Shown here piece by piece: positions 34,601 to 45,607 of a DNA stretch of 64,000 bases. Within the stretch, counting starts at the first letter, position 1. Each line of letters starts with the position of its first letter. Origin of the DNA: Macrostomum lignano (lineage: Eukaryota); the NCBI GenBank assembly GCA_002269645.1, contig NIVC01002422.1:1-64000 (forward strand), in the 5' to 3' direction. The notes below the pieces were generated by a model. The model was given only the letters and a program-made list of their open reading frames with translations. It did no database searches and was not told where the DNA came from. The position numbers were made by a program, and so were the translations under genes.

Positions 34601-37600
34601 TCATTGATGCTCAATAGGTTGTAGATTGACGGAAGTCTGTACTCTGTGCCAAATATAAAAACTTTGGCTTCCGCCTTAAAGAAAGCTGGAATTCTAATCG
34701 CTGTTCGATCGCGAACAGCTTTTTGGATGGAACCCATCTCTGCAAAAGTATTACACAAAAATTTCTTTCCTTTTAACTGGAGACCTGGATCAAACACTAA
34801 TCCGTTCAATTCGCCGGGAAACTGACTCAGATAGACCGTCCGGAACACTTTGTCTTTTGCGGTTCAAAGTTCCGGAAATCTGTGTTCCCCGATCCGGCAT
34901 TTTCGCCTGGAACGTTTCTGCTGATCTGGGTCTCAGTTGCAGGAAAAAAAGTATGAATGCCCGGGTCATGAACAAAATCCGGATTTCGTTACTCTTTTGG
35001 GCTAATTCCCTGGATCAAACTACATTACAGAATTGGAAAAATTTCCGGGAAAAGCCCACAACTTTTCTGTGGGTGCCCACAACTCTCCTGCAGCTATATA
35101 ATACACAAAAAAGCTTTTAATTGGTTTCTATTAAAAAAGGATATCTCACCTAGCAAGCAGCACACAAGGCACAGAGGAAATCTGGCCGCAGACCAGCACA
35201 TCAGACGGCTCGCCATATGGTGTGTTGACCGACTTCTCAGAGCGATTTTCTAGAAGGTCAGGGTTGTCCAGGCCAGAGCCACCAATGATTCCAACCTGAA
35301 GGGGAAATACGAAAATGGGCCGTTACTTGAAAAAACCAAAATTGCCTTACAATTAATAAAAACCCTCTTCTATAGTTAAAATATTATTCTAATATAAGCT
35401 TTAATGCATTGCCTTCGATGATAGCTTGAAGAAGACCCAGGCCCTATTTATTATGTAAGAGCAAAGTTTTAGCCATTTTGTAATAGTACAAAGTATTTTG
35501 TAGGAAGTTTTTATCAAGCTAATAACTTGCATGTTATTGCTAGTCTAGTGTCTAGTATGTCTAGTGTCTAGTATGTCTAGTATGTCTAGAGTTTAGCCAT
35601 TCCTTGTCAATATTACCTAAAAACACTAAAATGCTCCTATTCACTCTATTTAGTATTATTTTCTTATCCACCATAGAACACATTGCACTGCAGAAGCTAG
35701 GCTTCACATTCTGCCAGATAGATTCTTTTAAGTATTCGACTGAGAGCCCAAACTCTATATGTGCCCATACATATAAGTGTGTGTATAATTTTTTATTCAT
35801 TTATATACCGGCGGTTTAGAAGTTACTATTAGGGCTAAATACTTTTGGAACACCGGATTATTAGAATATTATAAATCAGTTGAAGTTGTCCATTTAGACC
35901 TCGAGTAGGCTACATCTAGAGATACATAAAATAATCGCTTAAAATATAGTCAAAATGTTATGGCAAAATTTATAGCATAATATTTTTATAGGGCTTAGTA
36001 GGCATAATCAATGATAAATGACACTGAAAGTTTTTCATCTTCTTGATTTTATTGCAAAATGCAGAATCTGTTAGGTCAAAAATTATATAAAATAAAAAAC
36101 ACCACACTTAGAGACATGGCAGTTATATCTATAATGCTAAAAAACTTATAGAAATGGTGGCCATGTCTATATCTCTGAATACTAACAGTGCATAGGTCTA
36201 TAATCTTTGACATGGTGGCACTAGTAGTGCAGTTTTGTTTGAGAAATTATTTTTCTTTTGGATTTGTGCCAGTTCCAATGATTTATAATGCTGACAACAT
36301 TTCAAAGTCATAGTCACATTGGTTGGCAGTATTTTACAAAATTATTTTTCATTTGAATTTGCACCAGTGCTGAGGATTTGAATAGATGATTTGAGCAATA
36401 ATGCTGTGACAAAAAAGTCTACCCTGTGAGTTATCTATGGCCCAAAGGGGTGATATCTGATAATTGCTAAGTGTGAAAGAATAATTTTTACTAAATCTAT
36501 TTTTTCTAAAGCAAAAAGTATTTTTATAAACATACAAGCTATTGAAACCCATGGAATTTGAACCCGGGGAATTCTAATCCCCAGAACTATTTTGCATGCA
36601 TTCTAAAATCTGAAGTCATATTCACACAAAAACTTATTGATCGTTAGGATAGAGGGAAATATAAAATGGAGTTACATTTGTGTAAAATTAGGATTTAAGG
36701 CAACCATTGATATAGTTGGCTGGGGTGCTGTGCAGAATGTCAGCAAATGTCTGTCTGACTTTAAAAACTATATTGGCAAACTCTGGCTTCTGCCTCTCTC
36801 TCTAAGTCCCCTGGATCTTTGAAACTTCCATCTTCTCTTCTGTTTCCTCTCTTCTCTCTCTCTCCTCTCATCTCTTCTGTTCTTTCTTCTCTCCTCTCTA
36901 CTCTCTCCCTCTTCCCTCATCTCTCTTCTCTCTCATCTTTGCTCTATCAGCTCTCCTTTCTCTTATTTTATCTCTGCTCTCTTATCTCTTCTCACTTCTC
37001 TGTCCCCTTTTCTCTCTCTTCTCTTCCCTCCCCTCTCTGCTCTCTCAGCCCTCCTTTCTCCTCTTTATCTCTTCTCATTTCACTCTACTCTCTCTTCTTG
37101 TCTCTGTAATCACGTCTCCCTTATCTATTCTCTCCCCTCTGTTCTCTCTACTATTTCATCTGTCGTCTGTTCACTCTCGTCTCTGCTCTCTTATCTCCCC
37201 TCTCTCTTCTGTCATCTTTACTCTCTTATATGTTTTTAACTCTTCTCTGTACTCTTTTCTTCGTCTCTTTTGACTCCTCTCTTTCTTTCTCTTCTCTTCT
37301 CTACCTTCTTCTATACTCTTCCTGTCTTCTTTCCTCTCTTTGCTCTCCACTCCCTCTCTCCTCCTTCATCTCTCATCTCTCCTTTCATTGTTCTCATCTC
37401 TACAACCTTATCGCTTCTCTCTTCCCTTTACTCTCTCTTTATCTCTCTTTTCTCCTCTTTCCTCTCTCCTTCTTCTCACTCCTCACTCTCCCCTCTCTCA
37501 ACAACTCCCTCTTCTTTCTAATCTCTCATCCCCTGTTTTCTCTCTACTCTCTGTTTTTATTTCTCATCTCTCCTATCATCTCTCAACTCTCTCCTCTCTC

Positions 37601-40600
37601 GTCTTGATCCTATCTCCTATCTACTCTTTCTTGTTCTCATTTCTTCTCGCATATCTAATCTGTACTCTCTTTTTGTCATCTCTTCTCTCTTCTCTCTTTC
37701 TCTGCTCTCTAATCTCTCCTTTCTTCTCTCTCTTCTTTCTCTGCTCTATAATCTCCTCTTTCTTCCCTCTCATCTCCTCTCTGCTCTCTAATCTCTACAC
37801 TCTTCTCTACTTTCTCCTCTTTCTTTCCTCTCTCATCTCTCTTCTTTCTCCTTCTCATCTCTACCCTCTCGTCTCGCTTCTCTTTCCCCGATTTTTCTCT
37901 CCCTATTCTCTCACTTCTCCCTTCCCCTCTTCTTCCCCTCTCTTTCCTCACCCCTTGTCTCTCCTCTTCGTCTTATCTTCTATCTTTTCTCTCATCCCCT
38001 ATATCACCTCTCCTCTCTTTTTAATCGTCTATTCTTTCCCCTTTTCACTCTCATCTGCCCCTTAGCCATGATCTTGATTCTTTATCTGGCTTTGATCACG
38101 TAATATTTCTTGTCAATTTGCAGCCCTGAAAGGAATTTGTGTATCTTCAGCTTCACTGCAGTCTACATCAGTCTAACAACCAAGGAAATACGAATTTCTT
38201 GGAGGCCATTTAAATTTTAAATACCTTTAAGAGAAACTTAAAAATTTCCATGGTGTGACTAATTTAGTGGGGTTGTATTGCATTGCATTGCATTTTCATA
38301 AATCTTTCGCTTTTACAAACCAACCATGCTGGATTGCCTTGATTTGCTAATTGTCATCCACTGTTAAACTGCTGCAGAGTTTGCCTATACAGAGGGCAGT
38401 GGTTAGAATTTCTCACTTAACTGTCATGGCTTAACGTAGCCTCTCCTCCACTCTCGGGTGCAGAGAAGGCTGTTTGGGATCAACTTTGAGCCTTAAATTT
38501 TACACGATTGTGTCAAAATAGTTGAAGATTGTTTCTTTCAAATTTGAAAGGATTGGTAGAAGTGGAGCAGCACTATGGAGGATTTATTGAAAAAATCACG
38601 CATTTTGAGCAGTTTTTAGCACTTTTAGGTAGGAAAACTTAAATTTAAGAAATTTCAAGGTACACTTGTAGCCTAAGACATTCAACGTAGTGAGTTTAGG
38701 GTGGGTGCAAAATTTGATGTAATTTAGTTGAGCGGTTTGGGAGTCCATTGTGATCAAAATTGTATATAGACACACATACACAGACAGTTTTCATTTATAT
38801 ATATTTAGAGTAGAACTCCTCCTTTGGAGGAGAAAGGGAAAGAACTCCCATCACCGGAATTCCATTCCCTGAAATCCATCAGCTGAAATTCCATGATTTG
38901 AATCCCATTGTCAAAATCATCTCCAAATCATCTATAAAGCCTTTCAAATACCTGCACCCTGCGCTCTCATTTTTACCCTTTTCTTTCTTCTCACTAATTA
39001 CTCCTCTCTACTCTTACATCTCTCATCTCTCTTCTCTCTCCTCTCTCCTTCTCTTGCTTCTCTCCTCTCTACCCCCTTATTTATAACTTTTCCTAATTCC
39101 TTCGTCTTTCGTGTCTACTCTCTCCTGTCTCCTCTCTCCCAGCTCTTCTCTCTTATCTCTACCCTCTTCTCTCCTCTCTCATCTCTCATCTACTCTCTCA
39201 TCTCTCATCTACTCTCTTATCTCTCTCCTCTCTCCTCTATCTTCTTTTTCCCTCTTCTCTCTGCTTTCAATTTTCACATCTCCTATATCTATATGCTCTC
39301 ACACTCTCCTTTTGTATCTCATCTCACCTTTCCACCCTCTTTTCTACCATCTCCTGTCTCCTCTATTCTTTCTTATCTCTTCTCTTTTTTCTCTCCTTTC
39401 TCCTCCCATCTTGAATCTTCTCCCCTCTCTTCTCTCCTATTCTCTCCTCTAAACTCGAATCTCTTTCTCTCTTTTTCTCACTCATCTCTTTTCCCATTGC
39501 ATCTGTAATCCCTCCTCTTTCGTATCTACTCTCCTTTCTATCATCTCTCCTCTCGTCTCTGCTCACTTTTCTCTTTACTCTCTTATCTGACTGACTGAAG
39601 GTGCCGAATCCATTGAACTCCTCTCCATGAAACAAAAATCTAGCAAAATTCTCTCCATGAAACTGCAGTCCATCAAAATTCTTTTTGCAAAACAAATCAT
39701 TTCTGTGAAACTGAAAACCATCAAAATCCTCTCCATGAAACTGGACTTAATCAAAATTTTCTCCATCAAAAAGAACTAACTCAGGATTCAGTGGTTAAGG
39801 TTACCAGTTAAGGTTAGAGCTGCACAGAGCTGCCTGTTTAAAGGCACAGAAAGTTCAATAATAGAAAAATTGAACTAATTGAAGCAATATAATGCACAAT
39901 CAATTTCTCAGTAAGTCAGTATCAGTCTCAGTTAAAGTTAACAAAATGATTGCGCAATTTAAATTAACTATCCAATACACAGTGACCACCCCCTTCAATA
40001 CACAGCGGCAAGTAGAAGTTGAACCCCCCAACTTGATCTCTGACCTAATCGCAAAATTGATTTCTCAGTAAGTCAGTATCAGTCTCAGTTAAAGTTAACA
40101 AAATGATTGCGCAATTTAAATTAACTATCCAATACACAGTGACCACCCTTTCAATACACAGTGGCAAGCAGAAGTTGAACCCCCCAACTCGATCTCTGAC
40201 CTATTGCAAAAATAAGTATAATCTTTGCAAAAGTATGGAAATCGTTTTTTGAATGCTGTGCTTTTAGTTTTCATATTTAAAGCAAACAACTTATATCCCC
40301 AAACTTGGCGTTGCAAGATCTTCCCAGCAATATAAGTCTTTACTCTTAAAGTTTAAAACTCAAGGAACAGTTAGCATTTGAAATTTCCCAATTTCCTGAC
40401 TGCTTGGTACATTGAGACAGAGGTTTGCAAGTTTATTCATTAAATTTTACTGCCTAGCAAGACACAGGGGCTGTGTATTGAAAGGTGCCAATAATAAAAC
40501 CAATTGAATCTTGACAGTCATTTTTGCTTACACTATACAACAGCTATGTACACTACACTCAGCCCAAGCCCCCTGCCTGTTCGGGGGAATCATTAAATTT

Positions 40601-42957
40601 TATTGCACTCCCAACACACGGAGAGGTTCTATTTGCATTGAACGCAGAACATGCGCATCTCCCCCCAATACATAGCCATTTGCGGGCAGAGGTTGGGGTA
40701 GTTTTTTTACAAACTGACTGTAGCCCAGGCAGAGTGGCCAAAGAAGGTTTTTGAGGGTTTAAAAAACAGTTTTCTGCTTTTTAGGGATCTTGAAATTTGA
40801 AAATTAAAAATTAAAATAGTCTAAAGCCTGATCCGGAAAATTTGCAGTTTTTTCGTATGAGTTTTGATGCTGACTTGCCAGAATTGTAGGAGTTCACTTG
40901 CAACATACATATAGAAAGACAAACAACGCACCAGTTTTAGTATTAAGAGAATATATAGATTTTACCACTGTGACCAAAAATTGATCCATAACTATATATA
41001 TACTCAATTACAAACTCCTTTTTTGGTTTCAGTTACATTTATTGTTATAAAAAACCAACAAATGTATTATAGGTTACAATAGTTCCTTGCACTTCCAAGA
41101 ATAAGAAAATAAAATAAAAATTTTTAATTTACCTAAATTCAAAAAAGAAAATATTTTTGCAAACAAGACTCCACTAGTGTTAATATGGCTCTGGCTGCCA
41201 TGTCTATAAGGGGCCTAATATTAGAGCCATAGTCCAGATCATGCTGGGCGCATATCTAAACAAAAATTGATTAATTATAAATGCATGCCAAAATAAATGG
41301 AGTGCATGTCCATTCCTAAAACTATGCTGGAGTTGTAACAATAAATGACATTTTTTATATTGTAACAATAAATGACTTTTTGAATTGTATAATAGATCCT
41401 TTTTGGTAGATAATTTGGGTAATTTTTCTGCTTTATGGCAATACTATTTCTATTGAAAAATTTATACATGCTAAAATTTGTTTAAATGCTTTATTAAAAG
41501 CTTTAAAAACCCAAAAAGCTTGAAATTTATGCTTAAAAATGAACTTTTTCATACTTTTCAAATTCACAACAACTCTATTGCACGCACACTATTTTCTTAG
41601 GAGTGATGCATGCCAACTGTACACGCCTACTGTTGGCATGCAAGGCCATGCACGCCTAAATTTTCAACATATACTATATGATCTGGAGTGTGGTATTAGA
41701 GCTTGTAGACACAGCCGCTCTGTCAGTAATGTAGAATACATCTTACACTGGCTGGAGGCTGTGTCAATGAAGCCTGCACAGCGCCAGTGGCCATGTTGTT
41801 ATTATCAGTGTTGGGCAAGTTACTCAAAAAAGATTGCGTTACTATAACTTAAGTTACCAATTTTTAAAAAGTAACTTACGTTAGCCTAGTAACTTTAGAC
41901 AAAAACCTGGTAACTTTTAAGTTACTGTCTGTTACTCACTTCCCTTACCCATGTTATTAACAAAATTTTCTGCTTTTTTCACATTGAACATTTTTTCATA
42001 TCGTTGTTACCGAAATTTGCCATTGGGCATTGGGATTAACCGATTAACAGACAGAGACAGGAATTGGTGACACGATGTGAGGCAAGTAGAAGGACCAATG
42101 GGCAATGGCAATCAATAATTAAAATTGATTAAATGATAAATTAATAAATAATAAATGATAAATTAAACGAATATCAATAATTCAATTGAGTAAAATAAAT
42201 AGAACTGTATAAAATGGTATAGTGTACTGCAGTGCCAGTGGAGGGACTTGTGGAGGCTACAGATGAATTTCTTTCTTTGGTTGTTTGTTTGAATCAAACT
42301 TAAAAATTTTAAGTAACGAAAATGAGGGCAAAAATATTTTACTGAAATTAACAAAGTAAAACATGTTTCAAGTATTTCTTCATTAATTAAACGCAATACC
42401 ATATGATACTATTCACTTAATTTTGAATTAAGGAATGAAAAATGCAAAAACATGTGACAACCGGCGTAATAGCTAAGCATTTCAGTTTTAAATTTAAATA
42501 TTGTGATTGTTGCAAAGTAACTGTAACAGACTTCCGAAATTTGAGTAACTTACCGTTACTCCGTTACTAAAATAAAAAAGTAACTTGCGTAAGGAACGCT
42601 TTACGAAAAAGTAACTTGCGTTACCATTTGCAAGTTACTCGGTAACGGAAATGCCCAACACTGGTTGTTATTGAATGGGTTCACATTCACACTTAAAGAC
42701 ACAAAGGTTGGAGGGTGGCAGTGTCCCTAATATAGAATAGAATCCATTCGTCATTGGAGACGGTGGCTGTCTCCTTATTGGCAATATTGCCAAATTAGAG
42801 CCACGGTATATTGTGTGCTTAACGTTATAGACAAGGCGGACGTGCCTATAAGCTCCAACATTCTAGACAGCCGCCGTGTCAATGGGTACTTAAAAAACTG
42901 AATAAGGCAAATAATGTACTAAAACGGGAATTATTAACATACCTTTATTGAAGACAT
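10605..42957 (-). CDS. MTAP: S-methyl-5'-thioadenosine phosphorylase, 6 coding exons, 281 aa
   Basis: Exons (minus): 42943..42957 (MSSIK), 35150..35295 ([12 protein letters not shown]...TPYGEPSD...CVLLAR), 13627..13744 ([22 protein letters not shown]...TSACGGLQ), 11448..11840 (DQFIDQT...[12 protein letters not shown]...[17 protein letters not shown]...TDYDSW), 10999..11121 ([14 protein letters not shown]), 10605..10655 (last exon, least certain). All junctions GT-AG and phase-consistent; total 846 bp. Confidence 0.93.
10795..10860. repeat. 13-bp tandem repeat GAGAATCCCGATT, ~5 copies
   Basis: Direct units in MTAP intron 5. Confidence 0.85.
11190..11437. repeat. 31-bp minisatellite (GCCAGCAGAAAGCGCYAATAGAAGATGACGC), ~8 copies
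   Basis: Fills most of MTAP intron 4 up to ~10 bp from the splice donor. Confidence 0.92.
11900..12046 (-). mobile_element. Partial, diverged copy of the SINE at 8001
   Basis: Reverse complement matches the central region (GCTTGGCTCTGCTCGTGC...CCCCCAAGGCACAGTGAAGT...GGGCCGCTGTACAC). Confidence 0.8.
12105..12648. repeat. 80-bp tandem repeat, ~7 copies
   Basis: Near-identical units (ORFs recur at 12129, 12209, 12289, 12369, 12449); two alternating variants ACAAGGGGAGAACAAT / GCAAGGGGAGAGCACT. Confidence 0.97.
13950..14115 (+). mobile_element. SINE related to the 8001 family, with a different head
   Basis: B box GGTTCGATTCC followed by the shared core GAGAGCCAACCCTCAAGGCGCAG..GTGTACATGCCTGACGAT..AAAGTCAGGGCCG. 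Confidence 0.65.
14948..15221 (+). CDS. Spliced 62-aa micro-ORF: Gly/RGG-rich N-terminus, CCHC zinc knuckle, basic/acidic tail
   Basis: Exons 14948..14999 and 15085..15221 joined by an 85-bp GTAAGT...TTGTAG intron; product [62 protein letters not shown] with an exact C-X2-C-X4-H-X4-C. Confidence 0.7.
19176..22190 (+). pseudogene. Degenerate THAP-domain P-element-like transposase
   Basis: N-terminal THAP (CSAVGC...FHSFP...RICSLHF, conserved Trp changed to Ser). Later motifs [36 protein letters not shown] (DxxH degraded), [17 protein letters not shown]. One intron at 21098..21267; several stops and frameshifts. Confidence 0.88.
22905..23547. repeat. Left subterminal repeat array of the CACTA element (core ATTCTCTCGCT)
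   Basis: Dozens of ATTCTCTCGCT(C/A) units interspersed with TTGTTGTCTCGCT; inverted relative to the right array. Confidence 0.93.
23872..27346 (+). CDS. CMC/EnSpm (Tnp2-like) DDE transposase, 3 exons, one 1-bp frameshift near 27087
   Basis: Exons 23872..24359, 24512..26067, 26656..27346. Motifs: FCPRC...CRNC zinc region, NIDGFPLF (D1), [24 protein letters not shown] (D2), DYMHG...[32 protein letters not shown] (E), IHGT. A single missing A in CGTAAATGAG would join the last two ORFs. Confidence 0.9.
26177..26600. mobile_element. Fold-back MITE-like element in the transposase intron
   Basis: Inverted arms of ~150 bp (e.g. TGCTATCTCAGCCTGGGACATGCAATCTCAGCCA vs TGGCTGAGATTGCATGTCCCAGGCTGAGATGGCA) around a spacer of ~115 bp. 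Confidence 0.8.
27968..30384 (+). CDS. CACTA accessory (TnpA-position) gene: coiled coil, BEN-like domain, repeat-encoded tail; disrupted
   Basis: Exon 27968..28348, intron, exon from 28441. Coiled-coil segments; BEN-like [22 protein letters not shown]...[12 protein letters not shown]...AVARLERNK. Frameshifts near 28530 and 28960 and an in-frame stop near 28598. Confidence 0.6.
29771..30313. repeat. GC-rich 57-bp minisatellite, ~9.5 copies, within the accessory ORF
   Basis: Unit GCGGCCGTTGTCCGCGGCGACGGCAACGCGGGCGAGACGCCGACGGCAGGCAGCGCT; the first two units are 55-bp variants. Confidence 0.95.
30527..31162 (-). mobile_element. Internally deleted mariner element
   Basis: One intact TIR (TA)CGAGGGGCATTCAAAAAGTTTTGGCAACTGACC at 31162 and a truncated partner at ~30527. 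Minus strand retains the N-terminus [14 protein letters not shown] fused to [10 protein letters not shown]...[14 protein letters not shown] (mariner D,D34D region). Confidence 0.9.
31595..32300. repeat. Right subterminal repeat array of the CACTA element (core AGCGAGAGAATG)
   Basis: Tandem GAGAGAATGAGC / GAGTAACAGTAGC units; reverse complement of the left core. Confidence 0.93.
33014..33311. mobile_element. 298-bp MITE, hAT- or P-like
   Basis: TIR CATACATGCRCAAC; perfect 8-bp TSD TTTAGTAT at 33006..33013 and 33312..33319. Confidence 0.88.
33472..34473 (+). pseudogene. Frameshifted ORF with a BEN-like segment, probably the accessory gene of the outer element
   Basis: ORFs 33472..33672, 33741..33926 and 33844..34473 link by frameshifts; [25 protein letters not shown]...KLGLMRVYC...[10 protein letters not shown] parallels the BEN-like block at 29.5 kb. 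Confidence 0.45.
36800..38065. repeat. CT-rich polypyrimidine low-complexity tract
   Basis: About 1.25 kb almost devoid of G on the + strand, in MTAP intron 1. Confidence 0.92.
38960..39585. repeat. Second CT-rich polypyrimidine tract
   Basis: Same composition and orientation as 36800..38065. Confidence 0.9.
39904..40212. repeat. 157-bp tandem duplication
   Basis: TTTCTCAGTAAGTCAGTATCAG...GATCTCTGACCTA starts at 39904 and again at 40061. Confidence 0.92.
41806..42663. mobile_element. 858-bp non-autonomous hAT-like element
   Basis: TIR CAGTGTTGGGCA / TGCCCAACACTG; 8-bp flanks GTTATTAT / GTTGTTAT (1 mismatch); many subterminal GTAAC/GTTAC motifs at both ends. Confidence 0.85.
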
Positions 42958-44524
42958 TTTGTACTAACTAAAATTGCACTGATAGTAATAAGAGTGTAAG
43001 AAGGAAAAACTACGAAACCGTATTTGCGAAAAATTCAGCTGACGCAAAGGCAAACCAAACCAAAACCAAAACAGCGTAGAACGTTCTTGGAAAACCATCC
43101 TATTAAAGCATGTGCCCAATAAAACAAAAAACTCAGAGGTATCCATTTCAATGACAAAAAATAATATACTGCTTAGCTTTTATCCTGTTAGTAAGAACTG
43201 TTTAAATATATACATTTTTTTATTTTCCACCCTTGTTCATTTTTTTTAATTTTTCGTTTCTTATGCACTTAGTAATTGAGGTGCAGGGCGGAGGAGGTTG
43301 TTGTCTTGGAAATCGGTTGGGTTTTGAAATTTGCTGACACCAACTTGAGGTGGGGCGGGTACACGTTTGAATTGCCGCCGACGTTGAGCTCGCACGAATA
43401 AAGCCGGAAATCGCGCAGACGAATCACAACGAATTATTTCCTCCTGTTTTACTCCGACTGCCGGGTTCTCAAGTCCGGGGGGAGGGTAGTCGCAATCGTA
43501 GTCGAGCGGTCGTAAGCGGCACGGTCGTTCAGATTTAGGAATACCGGAGGTTCGGACTCCGTATATTTAATGCGTCGAACTGTTTGACTGATTACTGTCA
43601 GTAGGGTAGTTGCTGCCACCACCGTAATTGCGTATTACGGAACGTTGAGATCTCAGAGCTCGTTCGGAGATGAGATTAATGGGTTGTTTAACGCCCCACG
43701 GGCAAATTACTCAAGATAAACTACGAAGGCTTCAGTCAATTAACGAAACTTAAGGAGAACTACGTCGATCGTCTTTATTTCCTAAACGCACGAGATAATT
43801 AAAAGGTGGAATATTAAGTTAAACTAGTTAATGAGCCAAGCTGGCGAGGATTTCTATTAATGACGATTATGAAACGCGCTAGTGCCGGGAGTGCAGACGA
43901 TAAATTAAAACTGAACTAGGCAATCACCGGAAACAAAATCGCAAGAGCAGAAGGATGGAAAAGAAAATGAAAAGGGAAAGGAAAAAACAAAATCAGAAGG
44001 GAAAGGGGGAGGGAATGCATGATCGTCACATAAAACACTTATTTCAATAGTAACGTACATTGAGTGGGGCAGGGGATGGGACAACCGGGCAGGCGATGGG
44101 GCAACCGGTGGGGCAACAGGTGGGGCAAACAGTGGACGAAAACGACCAACGGGATCAGCACAGAAAAACAAAGGGCCAGGCGAAAAGGACAACAAGACCA
44201 ACGGGAGGGGCCAGAGGCGAAAAAAACAGGACCAACAGGAGGGGCAACGAGTGGGGACAACAGCTGGGGCAACGGGTGGCAGTGACGTAAATCAGTCCAT
44301 CGAATTAAAATAATTTCGCAATTGCCGTTCACTAAGTGGTAGTCCCGGCTACCACATAATGTTAAGCTGAGCTTAAATTTTCTACAAATTCTGCAAGTAC
44401 CCGTATACCAACCACCTAGTCCTAGTTAAACCTTTCAAATTTGGTGCCCCTTTGGATAAAGCATGCTTCCATGTCGCGCTTTCAGAAGCGTCTAGCTATT
44501 ATGTTATTGCGCTCTTTTTTTGTA

Positions 44525-44949
44525 GGCTATCCTTCAGTTTCGTTCGTTTAATTATTTTCGAAGAAATATATACGCTCAAAGAACGAGCCCTTCCTGATGG
44601 ACTCCTGAGCGCGGCAGTCCTTGTTGCAGGCCCAGGTCCAGCCATCAACGTAACAATCACCTTGACGACGTTGAAGCGCATTTGGGGTGTCTAAGGGCAG
44701 TTGTTGTTGTGGCACTGGTGCTCGTTGGGCAGCAGCTGGTACTTCGCCAGCCAGCGCATCACAGATTGCGTGTCAGCAGTCAGGATAGCGAGGTCACACA
44801 TCTTCATGAACAGAAGATTCATGACCTGACCTCAGCTGGTGGGACAATTGTTGTCAGAGCAGATGGGTGACCCGCCATGCTGAAAAAGGGGTAAAAAATA
44901 ATATAAGACTCTGAAAATAATTAAACAAAAACAAAACTGAAGGATAGCC
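44525..44949 (-). mobile_element. Merlin (IS1016-like) deletion derivative, 425 bp
   Basis: TIR of ~40 bp beginning GGCTATCCTTCAGTTT; perfect 8-bp TSD TTTTTGTA (44517..44524, 44950..44957). Minus strand retains the N-terminal zinc region WLAKYQLLPNEHQC..NC...DGWTWAC..DC...SIRKGSFFE with a stop and a frameshift. Confidence 0.88.
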
Positions 44950-45571
44950 TTTTTGTATCACATTTAATCGGAAGAAAATACATTCTTTTGTATTTAAACG
45001 GGCAATAAAGAAGTTGCAGTAATTAAGAATTCTGTATTTATTATAAAATTTTGCTAGAACTAGCTATGAGTAAGAAAACAAATATAGCTATTGATTCTAG
45101 CCTAGACTTAAAGCCTCTACGTCTACATCTGATTTAGCATTGTGGTTATCTGACAAAAGTCTTGTGGTGGTTTTTTAGAACCAAAATATAGTCATTACTA
45201 AATAGGCCTAGGTCTACTTTTTAAAAATTTTCACAAATAGGCATTGAATTTTTTCTACATAGGCGATAGGCCTAGCTTTGTCAGTATGTCAGCTCAGCAA
45301 TAACTAGGCCATCGCCTAATAAGGCTTAGGCCCTACAACTAAAAAATCATTTTTGACTTTGAATACATTTTTATTGGTAGCTAGGCTTAATTATGATAGG
45401 TAAAGGCCTAGGCCTATTTACTAAATTGTATAGCTATATGGCCATGGCAAAGGCAAGAGTAAACCTAGATAAATTTCTGCATGGCATACTTTGATTAAGC
45501 AGGTTGCTTCTGCTGGCATGCTTTGAAGATAAAGGGACTGGAAATGGAGACAGACATAAAGAGAGCTAAAG

Positions 45572-45607
<36 letters not shown>

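Larger units (their letters stand above)
14143..35073. mobile_element. Probable old CMC/CACTA-like element forming the outer shell of the nest
   Basis: CCC...GGG termini (CCCGTCGAAA / rc CCCACAGAAA) flanked by TG on both sides. Both ends are CCGG-rich and share inverted motifs (ACCCAGATCAG, AATCCGGAT, CCCGGAAA). The limits leave only ~470 bp of MTAP intron 2 unexplained. TIR match is weak. Confidence 0.5.

Noticed and set aside
34423-34848. 141-aa minus-strand ORF near the right end of the outer element
   Set aside because: No recognisable motif and it overlaps the subterminal repeat region; cannot be supported without a search.
35074-35112. SINE tail completing the 13950 copy across the whole nest
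   Set aside because: TGCCCACAACTCTCCTGC resembles the SINE 3' end, but ~100 bp of SINE body is missing at the reconstructed junction; kept only as a caveat on the shell's right boundary.
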